From Acidimicrobiaceae bacterium (GTDB lineage Bacteria > Actinomycetota > Acidimicrobiia > Acidimicrobiales > Aldehydirespiratoraceae), in the NCBI GenBank assembly GCA_009843915.1, contig VYCM01000146.1, forward strand, positions 31,332 to 95,331: a stretch of 64,000 nucleotides of DNA, given 5' to 3'. Under the pieces are notes generated by a model. That model did not search any database, was not told the DNA's origin, and saw only the letters and a program-made list of their open reading frames with translations. The position numbers were made by a program, and so were the translations under genes. Shown one piece after another: positions 47,326-56,350 of this stretch. The stretch's first letter is position 1, and every line of letters begins with the position of its first letter.

Positions 47326-49926
47326 ATGGAGCAGCTCCTGGGAGCGCGATCGGGAACCGCCTACGGCGACGGATGGGTCCGCAGCGCGTGCACGATCTGC
47401 ATGAACCGGTGCGGGATCCTGGCCCATGTCAACGAGGACGAGGTGGTCGACAAGATCCTCGGCGACCCCGAGAACCCTCACAACCACGGACGCACCTGCG
47501 CCAAGGGCGACGCCGGGTTCGAGGGCCTTACCGATACCGATCGCATCACCACCCCGCTGCGGCGGACCAACCCCGACAAGGGCGTGGGCGTCGATCCCGG
47601 ATGGGTTCCGATCAGCTGGGACGAGGCCCTCGACGAGATAGCCGGGCATCTGCGCGACACCATCGCCGACGACCCCGAGAAGATCCTCTACACCAGCTTC
47701 GACATCTACCACCTGCGGGGCGCGCTGGCCGCGTCGTGGGTGACGGGGCTGGGGATGCCTGGGTACTCCACCTGGTCGGCCGCCATCTTCTGCGGCAACA
47801 ACGTGCACGGCATCCTCTACATGAACCAGAACGCGTTCGAGAGCAACCCCGATCCCATCTACAGCCGCTACATCCTCAACTTCGGGGCCCAGTTCGGCTC
47901 GGTGGTGCACTACGACACGATGCACTCCACCCACGAGCTGTCGGTGCGCCGCTCGGAAGTGCGGATGGTGTCGGTCGACCCGGTGTGCTCCTCCGCGGCG
48001 GCGGTGGCCGACGAGTGGGTGCCGATCCGCCCCGGCACCGATGCGGCGCTGATCCTGGGCATGGTCGACCAGCTCATCAACGAGCTCGGCATCTACGACG
48101 CCGAGTTCCTCAAGAACTTCACCAACGCCGCCTACCTGGTGGGCACCGACGGGCGCTACCTCCGCGATCCCGGCACCGGGAAGCCGCTGGTGTGGGACGA
48201 GGACAACGGACCGCAGCCCTTCGATGCCGGCACCGCCAACGCGGCCCTCACCGGCGTCTACGACGTGGACGGCGCCGAGGCCCGGCCCGGCTTCCAGATG
48301 CTGGCCGATCATGTGCGCTCGTACACGCCCGAGTACGTGGAGTCGATCACCACCGTGCCCGCCGCGACCGTCCGGCGACTGGCCAGGGAGTTCGGCGAGG
48401 CCGCCTGCATCGGCGAGACCATCACTGTCGACGGTGTCGAGTTGCCCTACCGCCCGGCCACCGTGGCCTGGTACCGGGGATTGTCGGCCCACAAGCACTC
48501 GATGCTCAACGGCATGGCCATCATCCTGCTGCCGACCCTGATCGGCGGCATCGACGTGCCCGGAGGGCTGCTGGGTGACCCGTGGGGGCTCATCGGCAAG
48601 GTCAAGGACCTTGAGTACACCTCCAAGGCCTCCGATGACGGGCTGATCTCGCAGGGGTTCATCGGCGGCGGTCGGGTGGGGGGCCTGTACCCGCCCCGGC
48701 CGACCGGGCCGCCCCGCACCACCGAGATGTGGGAGCTGCTGCCGTGCGCCCCCTACGGGACGGTGTTCTCGCTGCTCAACTCCGAGCAGCCCGAGCTCTT
48801 CGGGGCGCCACCGTTCCCGTCGATGATGATCAACTTCCAGTCCAACATGATGAAGAGCTCGGGCCCGCCCGAGGTCGTGGAGCGGTTCATCAAGCGGATC
48901 CCGTTCGTCGCCGCCATCGCCAGGCGCTTCGAGGAGACCACGCTGATGGCCGACATCGTGCTGCCCGACGTTCACTACCTGGAGCGGATGACGCCGCTGG
49001 TGTACCAGCATCTGGCCTCGGGCGACTCTCGCCATGCGGCCTACGGGGCCAAGCCGGTGGTGCAGTCGAGCATCGAGGGACCCGTGGCCGGCGAGCCTTA
49101 CGTGGACGCCATGCAGATCTACCTGGAGCTGCTGAGGCGGGCCGACCGGCTGCCGCAGTTCAACGAGGCGTTCAACAACATCGCCAAGATGCGGGAGCCC
49201 TACAGGCTCGACCTCGATGGCAGATACTCGTACTTCGAGATCTGCGACCGGTGGCTCCGCAACACCCTGGGGGACGACAAGGGCCTCGACTGGCATCTCA
49301 GCGACGGGCTCTGGACCGCCGACAAGACCGTCGAGCAGAAGTTCCCGAGGCCGTTCTTCGACGCCAGGGCGCAGGTCTACTGCGAGTTCATGGTCGACAC
49401 CAAGGTGAACCTCGAGCACACCGTCGAGGAGCTGGGCATCCCGTGGGAGACCGACGACTACCAGCCGCTGCCCGACTGGAAGCCGGGACCGGCCTATGAG
49501 CGCACCGCTCCCCACGACCTGTTCGTGACCAACATGAAGGTCCCCAATCACGCGCTGTCCCACACTCACAAGAACTCGATCCTGAACACGCTGTCGAACC
49601 GGCACAACGATCTGAAGTCGGTGTGGATCAACCCCAAGACAGCTGAGGCCCGGCGCATATCCCACGGCGACCTGGTGGAGATCGAGACCTCGGGGGGCCG
49701 CAAGCAGACGGCCACCGCCCGGGTCACGCAGCTGGTCCATCCCGAGGTGCTGGCCACGCAGGGCTGTGGCGGCGGCTGGAGCAGCGGCAGCAGCGGCGAC
49801 GAGGTCAACTTCAACGCCTTGCTGAACATCGATGTCGAGCACATCGACTTCGTGTCGGGGGCACTGGACTGCGCCATCGCGGCCGACGTGCGGACCGTGC
49901 CGACCGGACGGGGAGGGGCGCGATGA
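47326..49926 (+). CDS. Molybdopterin (Mo/W-bisPGD) oxidoreductase catalytic subunit, no Tat signal
   Basis: ATG 47326 follows GAGGAGG. N-terminal FS0 cluster motif C-x2-C-x3-C...C (CTICMNRC...GRTCAKG). About 866 aa. There is no RRxF twin-arginine leader. Confidence 0.85.
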   Translation: MEQLLGARSGTAYGDGWVRSACTICMNRCGILAHVNEDEVVDKILGDPENPHNHGRTCAKGDAGFEGLTDTDRITTPLRRTNPDKGVGVDPGWVPISWDEALDEIAGHLRDTIADDPEKILYTSFDIYHLRGALAASWVTGLGMPGYSTWSAAIFCGNNVHGILYMNQNAFESNPDPIYSRYILNFGAQFGSVVHYDTMHSTHELSVRRSEVRMVSVDPVCSSAAAVADEWVPIRPGTDAALILGMVDQLINELGIYDAEFLKNFTNAAYLVGTDGRYLRDPGTGKPLVWDEDNGPQPFDAGTANAALTGVYDVDGAEARPGFQMLADHVRSYTPEYVESITTVPAATVRRLAREFGEAACIGETITVDGVELPYRPATVAWYRGLSAHKHSMLNGMAIILLPTLIGGIDVPGGLLGDPWGLIGKVKDLEYTSKASDDGLISQGFIGGGRVGGLYPPRPTGPPRTTEMWELLPCAPYGTVFSLLNSEQPELFGAPPFPSMMINFQSNMMKSSGPPEVVERFIKRIPFVAAIARRFEETTLMADIVLPDVHYLERMTPLVYQHLASGDSRHAAYGAKPVVQSSIEGPVAGEPYVDAMQIYLELLRRADRLPQFNEAFNNIAKMREPYRLDLDGRYSYFEICDRWLRNTLGDDKGLDWHLSDGLWTADKTVEQKFPRPFFDARAQVYCEFMVDTKVNLEHTVEELGIPWETDDYQPLPDWKPGPAYERTAPHDLFVTNMKVPNHALSHTHKNSILNTLSNRHNDLKSVWINPKTAEARRISHGDLVEIETSGGRKQTATARVTQLVHPEVLATQGCGGGWSSGSSGDEVNFNALLNIDVEHIDFVSGALDCAIAADVRTVPTGRGGAR

Positions 49927-50588
49927 CCCGGTGGGGCATGGTGATCGACGCGGCTCGCTGCGTCGGCTGCCAGGCCTGCACCGTGGCCTGCAAGACCGAG
50001 AACCAGTCGCCGCTGGACGCCTGGTACGCGCCCGTGATCGAGTGGGAGGAGGGCGAGTTCCCCGACGCCACCCTCAACTACCTGCCGGTGCTGTGCAACC
50101 ACTGCGAGGACGCCCCCTGCGTGACCGCCTGCCCGTCGGGAGCGCTCACGCGCCGCGACGACGGCATCGTGATGGCCGACGAGGACGTGTGCATCGGCTC
50201 GCGGGCTTGCATGACAGCCTGCCCCTACGGTGCGCTGCACTTCTTCGAGGACCGCGGCACGGTGGCCGTGGAGGGCGCCCCCGCCGAGGCCGTGCCCAGC
50301 GTGCCGGAACGCTACGCGCACCAACGCCATGTGCGGGGCGCGGTGTCGAAGTGCACCTACTGCGCCCACAAGATCGACTTCGGCCTCGAGAACGGCCTCG
50401 AGGTCGGGGTGCATCCCCTGGCCACGCCCGCCTGCGTGGTCACCTGCCCGGCCGAGTGCCGGATCTTCGGCGACCTCGACGACCCCGACAGCAACGTGAG
50501 CCAGTACCTGGCCGAGCACGGCGGCGGCGAAGCGCTCAGACCTGACGCGAAGACGCTGCCGAGCACCCAGTATGTGGGGCTCCCATGA
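49923..50588 (+). CDS. 4Fe-4S dicluster electron-transfer subunit (DmsB/PsrB type)
   Basis: CVGCQACTVACK, CNHCEDAPCVTACP, CIGSRACMTACP, and CTYC...CVVTCP ferredoxin motifs. ATGA overlap with the catalytic subunit. Confidence 0.85.
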   Translation: MTRWGMVIDAARCVGCQACTVACKTENQSPLDAWYAPVIEWEEGEFPDATLNYLPVLCNHCEDAPCVTACPSGALTRRDDGIVMADEDVCIGSRACMTACPYGALHFFEDRGTVAVEGAPAEAVPSVPERYAHQRHVRGAVSKCTYCAHKIDFGLENGLEVGVHPLATPACVVTCPAECRIFGDLDDPDSNVSQYLAEHGGGEALRPDAKTLPSTQYVGLP

Positions 50589-51592
50589 CTGCGGTCAGTC
50601 CGATGGCTGGGGGAGGTGCCGGCCCCCAGAACGTGTTCATGGACCAGTTCAACCTGGAGGCCCGCACCCAGAGGGTGTGGGACATCAACCACGCCATCTG
50701 GTTCACGCTGATGGGAGTCGGCGGGGGAGTGTTCCTGGCCGGGCGGATCCTGAACCTCACCGAGGGTCTCGGCTACGTGCTCGGGATCCCCACCGTCGAT
50801 GTCGTCAGCTTCCTGGCGATCGCGGTCGGCGGGGCGATCCTGGTCGCCGACCTGGGCCGGCCCCTCCAGGCCTGGAGGGCCTTCGTCAATGTGCGCACCA
50901 GCTGGATTTCCTGGGGGGCGTGGTCCGACCTGATCTTCCTGGTCATGGCCGGTCTGCTGGTACTCCCCGCGTTGAGCCTGGGCGGATCAGAGCCGTTCTC
51001 CGGGTTGGGATGGGATCCCCACGGCGGCGACGGTGGCGGCCTCGCGCTGGAGATCATCGCCGGCGTGGCCGCAGTGGTGGTGATGACCTACGCGGGGGCG
51101 GTCCTGGCCCGGCCCCGTGCCATCCCGTACTGGAACTCGCCGGCGGTGCCGCTTCAGTTCCTGCTGTCGTCGGCCGCGATGTCGGTGGCGGTGGTGATGC
51201 TGATCGAGGTGATCGCGGGCGAGCCCGTGACCGCCGGCCAGATGGTGCTGCTGGGTCTCCTGACGGCAGCCTTGACGGTGGCGGTGGTCGTACACCTGCT
51301 TGCCCGGACCGATGCTCCCGGCAAGAAGGAGAGCCTGGATCGACTGCTGCGGGGCCAGTACCGCTCGATGTTCGTGTGGGGCGTCTTCGCGAGCGGGACG
51401 GTCGCTCCGGCGGTTCTCGCATTCGCCGGTGCCGTCGTCGGCGTGTCCGGCGCCCGTGATGCGCTGGCCGTGATCTGCTGTGTGCTGCTTGTGCCGGGCG
51501 GTTTCTGGCTGAGGCTGCTCACGCTGCGGGTGGGGATCTTCCCACCGGTTCACATCCCGTCGGTCAGCGGCCCCCGGATGGCCGCCCCGTAG
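50585..51592 (+). CDS. NrfD/PsrC-type integral membrane quinone-interacting subunit
   Basis: 335 aa with about 8 hydrophobic helices. 4-nt overlap with the FeS subunit. The gene order A-B-C is that of complex iron-sulfur molybdoenzymes. Confidence 0.75.
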   Translation: MTAVSPMAGGGAGPQNVFMDQFNLEARTQRVWDINHAIWFTLMGVGGGVFLAGRILNLTEGLGYVLGIPTVDVVSFLAIAVGGAILVADLGRPLQAWRAFVNVRTSWISWGAWSDLIFLVMAGLLVLPALSLGGSEPFSGLGWDPHGGDGGGLALEIIAGVAAVVVMTYAGAVLARPRAIPYWNSPAVPLQFLLSSAAMSVAVVMLIEVIAGEPVTAGQMVLLGLLTAALTVAVVVHLLARTDAPGKKESLDRLLRGQYRSMFVWGVFASGTVAPAVLAFAGAVVGVSGARDALAVICCVLLVPGGFWLRLLTLRVGIFPPVHIPSVSGPRMAAP

Positions 51593-51607
51593 CCGGAGGG
51601 TGACGCC

Positions 51608-52120
51608 GTGGCCATGACCGACGCCGCCCTCGACGCCGCCCACGAGGGGCTGCGGGCCGCAGGCATCGACTTCGTCTCTGGGCTGCCCGACGGCTGGCAG
51701 CGGCCGCTGCACGAGCGGGTGGAGCTCGACCCGGACATCCGCTATGTGCCGGTGTGCAACGAGGGCGTCGGGTTCTCGATCTGCGCCGGGGCGTGGCTCG
51801 GGGGCAAGAAGCCTGCCCTGATCATGGAGAACAGCGGGCTGCGGGTGGCCTCGGAGTACATCGCCCGCATCTCGCTGGGCACCGGTGTGCCGGTCACGCT
51901 GCTGTGCTCGTACCGGGGCGACGTGGGCGAGACCGAGCACTGGGGGATCCCTCACGGGATCGTGGCCGAGCCTCTGCTGGACGCGCTGAGGATCAAGTAC
52001 CTGATCGTGCGCCATGTGGAGGATCTGGCCAAGTCGATCGTGCGGGCCAAGCGGATCTCCGAGGCCCAGCTCCATCCCGCGGCCGTGCTCGTCTCCGGCG
52101 ACTGCGTGTGGGAGGACTGA
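51608..52120 (+). CDS. ThDP-dependent decarboxylase, alpha (pyrimidine-binding) subunit; sulfopyruvate/phosphonopyruvate decarboxylase-like
   Basis: 170 aa. GIDFVSGLPDG...VPVCNEGVGFSICAGAWLGG with the catalytic Glu context. GGAGGG lies upstream of GTG 51608. Confidence 0.65.
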   Translation: MAMTDAALDAAHEGLRAAGIDFVSGLPDGWQRPLHERVELDPDIRYVPVCNEGVGFSICAGAWLGGKKPALIMENSGLRVASEYIARISLGTGVPVTLLCSYRGDVGETEHWGIPHGIVAEPLLDALRIKYLIVRHVEDLAKSIVRAKRISEAQLHPAAVLVSGDCVWED

Positions 52121-52123
52121 GGG

Positions 52124-52777
52124 GTGGCCCTGGACCGCTACGAATGGCTTGGCCGGCTGGCCAACCGGCTGCCCGAGGACTGCCTTGTGATGTCCACCTA
52201 CATCGGGGCAGTGTCCTTCGAGTGGGCCCACCACACGGAGGAGCACCACCGGACCGCTCACCTCGGCCAGATGGGCGACGTGATCGGCATGGCGGTGGGC
52301 CTGGCGCTGGCCCTGCCCCACCGCAGGATCGTGTGCCTCGACGGCGACGGGTCGGTGCTGATGGAACTGGGCCAACTGGTGGCTATGGGGGAGCAGCAGC
52401 CCGACAACCTGGTGGTGTTCGTGGTGGACAACGGCGTGTACGAGTCGATCGGCTGGAGCAGCCAGGGCCGGCGGCCCACCGCTACCGCCGGCCGGGTCGA
52501 CCTAGCCGCCATCGCGGCAGGCTGCGGGGTGCCCTACACCGTGGACGTCACCGCCGAGGACGAGCTGGACGCCGAGATCGAGTTGGCCTTCTCCCGCAAT
52601 GTGTGCAGCTTCATCAACGTGCGCACCCGGCCCGGCCACTCCCACGTGCGGCCCCGCCGCACCGACGGCATAGAGGACAAGTACCGCTTCGTGCGCTACG
52701 TCGAGCGCCTAGAGGGCATCTGGATCACCGGAGTCCCACCCCAGGACATCGCCCTGATGAAGGACCGTAAGGGCTAG
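52124..52777 (+). CDS. ThDP-dependent decarboxylase, beta (diphosphate-binding) subunit
   Basis: ThDP motif GDGS-x(24-27)-N: LDGDGSVLMELGQLVAMGEQQPDNLVVFVVDNGVYES. 217 aa, starting 3 nt after the alpha subunit. Confidence 0.65.
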   Translation: MALDRYEWLGRLANRLPEDCLVMSTYIGAVSFEWAHHTEEHHRTAHLGQMGDVIGMAVGLALALPHRRIVCLDGDGSVLMELGQLVAMGEQQPDNLVVFVVDNGVYESIGWSSQGRRPTATAGRVDLAAIAAGCGVPYTVDVTAEDELDAEIELAFSRNVCSFINVRTRPGHSHVRPRRTDGIEDKYRFVRYVERLEGIWITGVPPQDIALMKDRKG

Positions 52778-52783
52778 CGGATC

Positions 52784-53916
52784 CTAGGAGGCGTCGGGGT
52801 CGGATAGGCGGAGGTCGGCGAACTCGTGGGGGTTGCGGTCACCGACCAGCACGTGCTGGCTGCCGGCGTGCATGTCGCGGAAGCAGCGCTGCAGCGGCCC
52901 GTCCCGCAGAGCCTCGGTACCGCACCACTCGTAGAGGCTGCGGACCACGGCCAGACCCTCCTGGGTGAGCAGCGTGGCCGACTGCTTGATGTTGGTGGCC
53001 AGCACCGGGTCGCGGCCCGAGCCGGCCTCGGCCGCCTGCTCGGCCGTCCGGAAGGCCTGGCGGCACCAGGTCTCGGCTGCCTCGAAGCGCGACACCCCCA
53101 TGGCGAACTCGTAACGGAAGCGGGGATCCTCCGCGATGACCGACGGAGCAGCCATGCGGGTCCGGACCTTGGCGATGGACACCGCCTCGTCGATGGCTCG
53201 CCGGACGACCCCGATGGTCCAGCCCATGTGACCGATCTCGGTGAGGATGATCACCCCGAGGTCGTACATGGGGCCGCCCCTGTACCGGGTGGGGGAGAAG
53301 AACTCGAAGGTGGCGTGGGCGGGTAGGTCGGCGTCGATGCTGTAGTCGTAGGACGAGGCGGCCCGCAGCCCCAGCACGTCCCAGTTACCGAGCAGCTCCA
53401 CCTCGGAGCGGGGCATCATCATCAGGCGGAACTCGGCTTGTTCGCCCTCGGGCGGGGCGGTGAAGGCGCCCCCGCCCACCCAATCGGCATGGGCAACACC
53501 CGACCCGAAGCTGTACTTGCCGGTGAGCCGATACATGTCGCCGTTGGGCACCGCGGTGCCGTTGGGCGCGAACTGGCCGGCCACCACCGGGACGACACCT
53601 CCGGCGATCATCTCGTCGGTGAAGCTGTCGGGGCAGTAGGCACCGAAGAAGCAGGCGGCGGTGGCTCCGGCCATGAGGGACCAGCCGAGGGGCCATCGCC
53701 GTAGGCCACCTCGGCGAACACGTCCAGGCAGTCATCGGTGGGCAGTTCGGCACCGCCCACGGCACGCGGTGACAGGGCGCCGTACAGGCCCGCCTCGAAG
53801 CAGACGCTCACTAACTCCTGTGGCAGAGCGGTCGCGCCGGTCTCCGCGGCCGCCGCGCCGCCAGCATCGACCGCTGGGCGCAGATCGCGGGCCCGTTCCA
53901 GCAGTTCGGATCCCAT
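52784..53916 (-). pseudogene. Acyl-CoA dehydrogenase-fold (flavin) oxidoreductase, disrupted by a 1-nt frameshift
   Basis: The N-terminal 75 aa (53916 downward: MGSELLERARDLRP...DVFAEVAYGDG) and the C-terminal 296 aa (from 53674) are both ACAD-like but lie in different frames. Adding one C to the C4 run (G4 at 53689-53692 on +) restores ...AYGDGPLGWSLMAGATAACFF.... Confidence 0.65.
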
Positions 53917-53926
53917 CCGCTCGGAC

Positions 53927-55144
53927 CTAGGGGACTGCCCGAAGCGACTCGGCCATGGTGTCGATGATCCGGCCGATCTCGTCGTCGGTGATCACCAGCG
54001 GCGGGCACAGCGCCAGCACGTCGTTGATGGGCCGTGCGATCACACCCCGCCGCAACATGTCGTTGCGCACGTCCATCGACGGGCGGTCCAGCACCGCGGC
54101 CTGGACCGCGCCCTCGCCGCGGTACGACGCGATGAGCCCGTCGGCGGCCAACGCCGCGAGCCCCTCGGTCAGCTTGGCTCCCACATGGCGGGCCCGGTCC
54201 ACGAGGCCCTCCTCGGTGATGATCTCCAGGTTCTTGACCGCGGCGGCGGCCACGGTGGGATGGCCCGAGTAGGTGTAGCCGGTGCGCAGCAGGAAGCCGG
54301 GCTCCTCGAGGTTCTCGCACACCCGGCGGCTGACGATCACGCCGCTGAGGGGCAGGTAGCCGGAGGTCACGCCCTTGGCGAAGGTCATCATGTCGGGGGT
54401 CACGCCGAAGGTCTGTGCCCCGAACCACTCGCCGGTGCGGCCGAATCCGCAGATCACCTCGTCGAGGATCAGCAGGGCGCCGTGCTGGTCGCACAGCCGG
54501 CGGACCCCGGCGAGGTAGCCCTCCGGCGGCGGGAACACGCCGCCCGCGCCCTGCACCGGCTCGGTGATCACCGCGGCCACCCGTTCGCCGTGCTCGGCGA
54601 ACGCGGTGGCCATCACCTCGATGTCGTCGTTGGGGACCTCGATGAAGTGGGGGACAAGATCGCCCCATCCCTCGCGGTTGGGAGCGATGCCCTGGGCCGA
54701 GGTGCCGCCGAAGTTGGTGCCGTGGTAGCCGTTGGTGCGCCGTATCACCACCTGGCGCTCGGCTCCGCTGGTCCGCCGGGCGTAGAGGCGGGCGAGCTTG
54801 AGTGCGGTGTCCACCGCGTCCGACCCGGTGCAGCCGAAGAACACCCGCCCGTCGGTCAGGGGTGAGCGTTCCGCGATCAACTCGGCCGCCCTGGCCGCGG
54901 GCGGGTTGGTGAACGGGTCGAATGTGTTGTAGGTGGCGAGATCGCGCATCTGCGCGGCCACCGCGTCGGCCATCTCCGGTCGGGAATGGCCGATCTGGCA
55001 GTACCAGAGGCTGGCCAGGCCGTCGATGTATGAGTTCCCCTGATCGTCGTAGAGGGTGGAGCCCTCCGCCCGCACGATGTTGATCATCTCGGACTCCGGC
55101 TTGGCCGGAGGGGCGAAGGGATGGAGCAGAGCGTGATTACCCAT
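53927..55144 (-). CDS. Class III (omega-) aminotransferase, PLP-dependent
   Basis: GCTGSDAVDTALKLAR, ILDEVICGFGRTG, and TFAKGVTSGYLPL (PLP lysine) blocks. AGGAGC lies 8 nt upstream of ATG 55144. Confidence 0.85.
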   Translation of the reverse strand: MGNHALLHPFAPPAKPESEMINIVRAEGSTLYDDQGNSYIDGLASLWYCQIGHSRPEMADAVAAQMRDLATYNTFDPFTNPPAARAAELIAERSPLTDGRVFFGCTGSDAVDTALKLARLYARRTSGAERQVVIRRTNGYHGTNFGGTSAQGIAPNREGWGDLVPHFIEVPNDDIEVMATAFAEHGERVAAVITEPVQGAGGVFPPPEGYLAGVRRLCDQHGALLILDEVICGFGRTGEWFGAQTFGVTPDMMTFAKGVTSGYLPLSGVIVSRRVCENLEEPGFLLRTGYTYSGHPTVAAAAVKNLEIITEEGLVDRARHVGAKLTEGLAALAADGLIASYRGEGAVQAAVLDRPSMDVRNDMLRRGVIARPINDVLALCPPLVITDDEIGRIIDTMAESLRAVP

Positions 55145-55228
55145 GGGACAGGCTCCTGAGGTCGCGACGGTGAGGCAGCCGGCTCAGCCTACGGCACCCC
55201 GGAAGGTCAGCTTCACGGTCCGGTCCGA

Positions 55229-55276
55229 GAATTGACAGCGTTATGACCCCTATAGGGGGTGTTCTGCTGCCAATTC
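55229..55276. repeat. Palindromic intergenic element, member of the GAATTG(G/A)CAGC...GCTGCCAATTC family
   Basis: GAATTGACAGCG-(23 nt containing the ACCCC-TATA-GGGGT inner hairpin)-CTGCTGCCAATTC. It lies 16 nt past the stop of the 55292-56329 gene. Confidence 0.6.
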
Positions 55277-55291
55277 GGCTGGGAGAGGGGC

Positions 55292-56329
55292 TCAGAACAC
55301 GACGGTGCCGGCCGACACCACCGGAGTGCCGTCGAGGGTGACGGTGCAGTTGCGCATGGGCAGGTCGAAATGGCCCAGGGTGTGGCGCCCCGCGGTCTCG
55401 TTGGCTCCGGTGGAGTACAGGAAGTTGCCGGCGAAGGCCCGCAGCTCGGTGCCGTTGAACTGGGTGCGGTCGTACATCGTCATCGCGTCCCAGCGGGCTG
55501 CGGGGTTCATGCCCCATCCGACGTGGGAGACGGCGTAGGCGTCGGGGTCGTCCCAGGCGGCCAGGTAGCTGGAGGTGAGGGCGGCGTCGACGCCGTCGCC
55601 GGCGATGTCGGTGATGTAGTCGTCGGTGACGCGCATCCGCACCGGCGACTCCAGGTAGCGCTTGAAGGTGAGGTTCACGTCGCCGGCGTCGAGCACCAGG
55701 GTGCCGTTGACGGTTCCTGCGGCGGGGAAGCACAGGCACAGGCCGCCGGGCCAGTGGGCGAAGGTGCCCGGACCGTCGGTGCACCCCCAACTCCCGGCGG
55801 CCGGGGCGTGTGACACGTCGATGGTCAAGTCGGTGCCCGCCGCCGACGTGACTCGCATCTCAGCGGCCTGCTCGAGCATGGTCGCGCCCTGCTGTACCCG
55901 GATCTTCAGCGCGGGGTCCGGCAGCAGCCTCTCCAGGATCTCGGGATGCTCGTTGGACACCATCAGGATCCGGGCTCCGCCGTCGAGGATCGCCCCCAGT
56001 TCGGCGGCGTGGAGCAGGCCCTCCACGGTGCAGTCGGCTACGAACGACGACCCGGCCAGCGCGGCCACCGCGGGCTCGAGCCCGTCGATGGCGTCGGAGG
56101 CTCCGGTGGAGCGCACCGGCACCGCCACCTTCTGGCGCGGCGTGGTCAGGCGCAAGTGGAAGACCCGGGCCCCGAGTCGCTGCAGGGCCAACTCGGCGAG
56201 CTGCACGTTGACCGGGCGGCTCTGGGACTCCGACAGCACTGCGGCGGTCTCGCCCTCGGTCACTCCGCAGAGCCTGAACGTCTCCGCGAACGCCTCGATC
56301 CACTTCCCCTCGACCTGCTCTACGAGCAT
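55292..56329 (-). CDS. Aminopeptidase-T/NicX-like (2,5-dihydroxypyridine dioxygenase family) protein
   Basis: 345 aa. The family guess comes from overall similarity to the leucyl-aminopeptidase-T/NicX fold as I remember it (HVGWGMNPAA, GRHTLGHFD blocks). No search was possible. Confidence 0.45.
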   Translation of the reverse strand: MLVEQVEGKWIEAFAETFRLCGVTEGETAAVLSESQSRPVNVQLAELALQRLGARVFHLRLTTPRQKVAVPVRSTGASDAIDGLEPAVAALAGSSFVADCTVEGLLHAAELGAILDGGARILMVSNEHPEILERLLPDPALKIRVQQGATMLEQAAEMRVTSAAGTDLTIDVSHAPAAGSWGCTDGPGTFAHWPGGLCLCFPAAGTVNGTLVLDAGDVNLTFKRYLESPVRMRVTDDYITDIAGDGVDAALTSSYLAAWDDPDAYAVSHVGWGMNPAARWDAMTMYDRTQFNGTELRAFAGNFLYSTGANETAGRHTLGHFDLPMRNCTVTLDGTPVVSAGTVVF

Positions 56330-56350
56330 CCTGATCCCTTCACCGACCGA

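Noticed and set aside
47311-47400. Twin-arginine export signal on the molybdoenzyme (the track ORF starts MRRQTMEQ...).
   Set aside because: The RR comes from a TTG-initiated extension that overlaps the RBS (GAGGAGG at 47313-47319) for ATG 47326. No hydrophobic h-region or AxA cleavage site follows. The protein is most likely cytoplasmic.
47236-49842. 868-aa minus-strand ORF, the longest ORF on that strand in this region.
   Set aside because: It is exactly antisense to the molybdopterin oxidoreductase gene. Its translation is Arg/Gly/His/Pro/Val-rich low complexity with no motif, while the + strand carries clear Mo-bisPGD and Fe-S signatures. This is a typical high-GC shadow ORF.
53680-53700. 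Programmed -1 ribosomal frameshift in the ACAD-like gene.
   Set aside because: The site (G GCC CCU) is not a canonical X XXY YYZ slippery heptamer, and I see no downstream stimulatory structure. A homopolymer indel (mutation or sequencing error) is the simpler explanation.
55215-55291. GGUCCGAGA at 55222-55230 recalls the conserved core of the guanidine-I (ykkC) riboswitch, which would be attractive next to a ureohydrolase operon.
   Set aside because: The match is on the + strand, whereas all neighbouring genes are transcribed on the minus strand. The other conserved ykkC blocks (CUAGGGUUCCG, ACACGG...GGGA..AAAGCCCGGGAGA) are absent on either strand.
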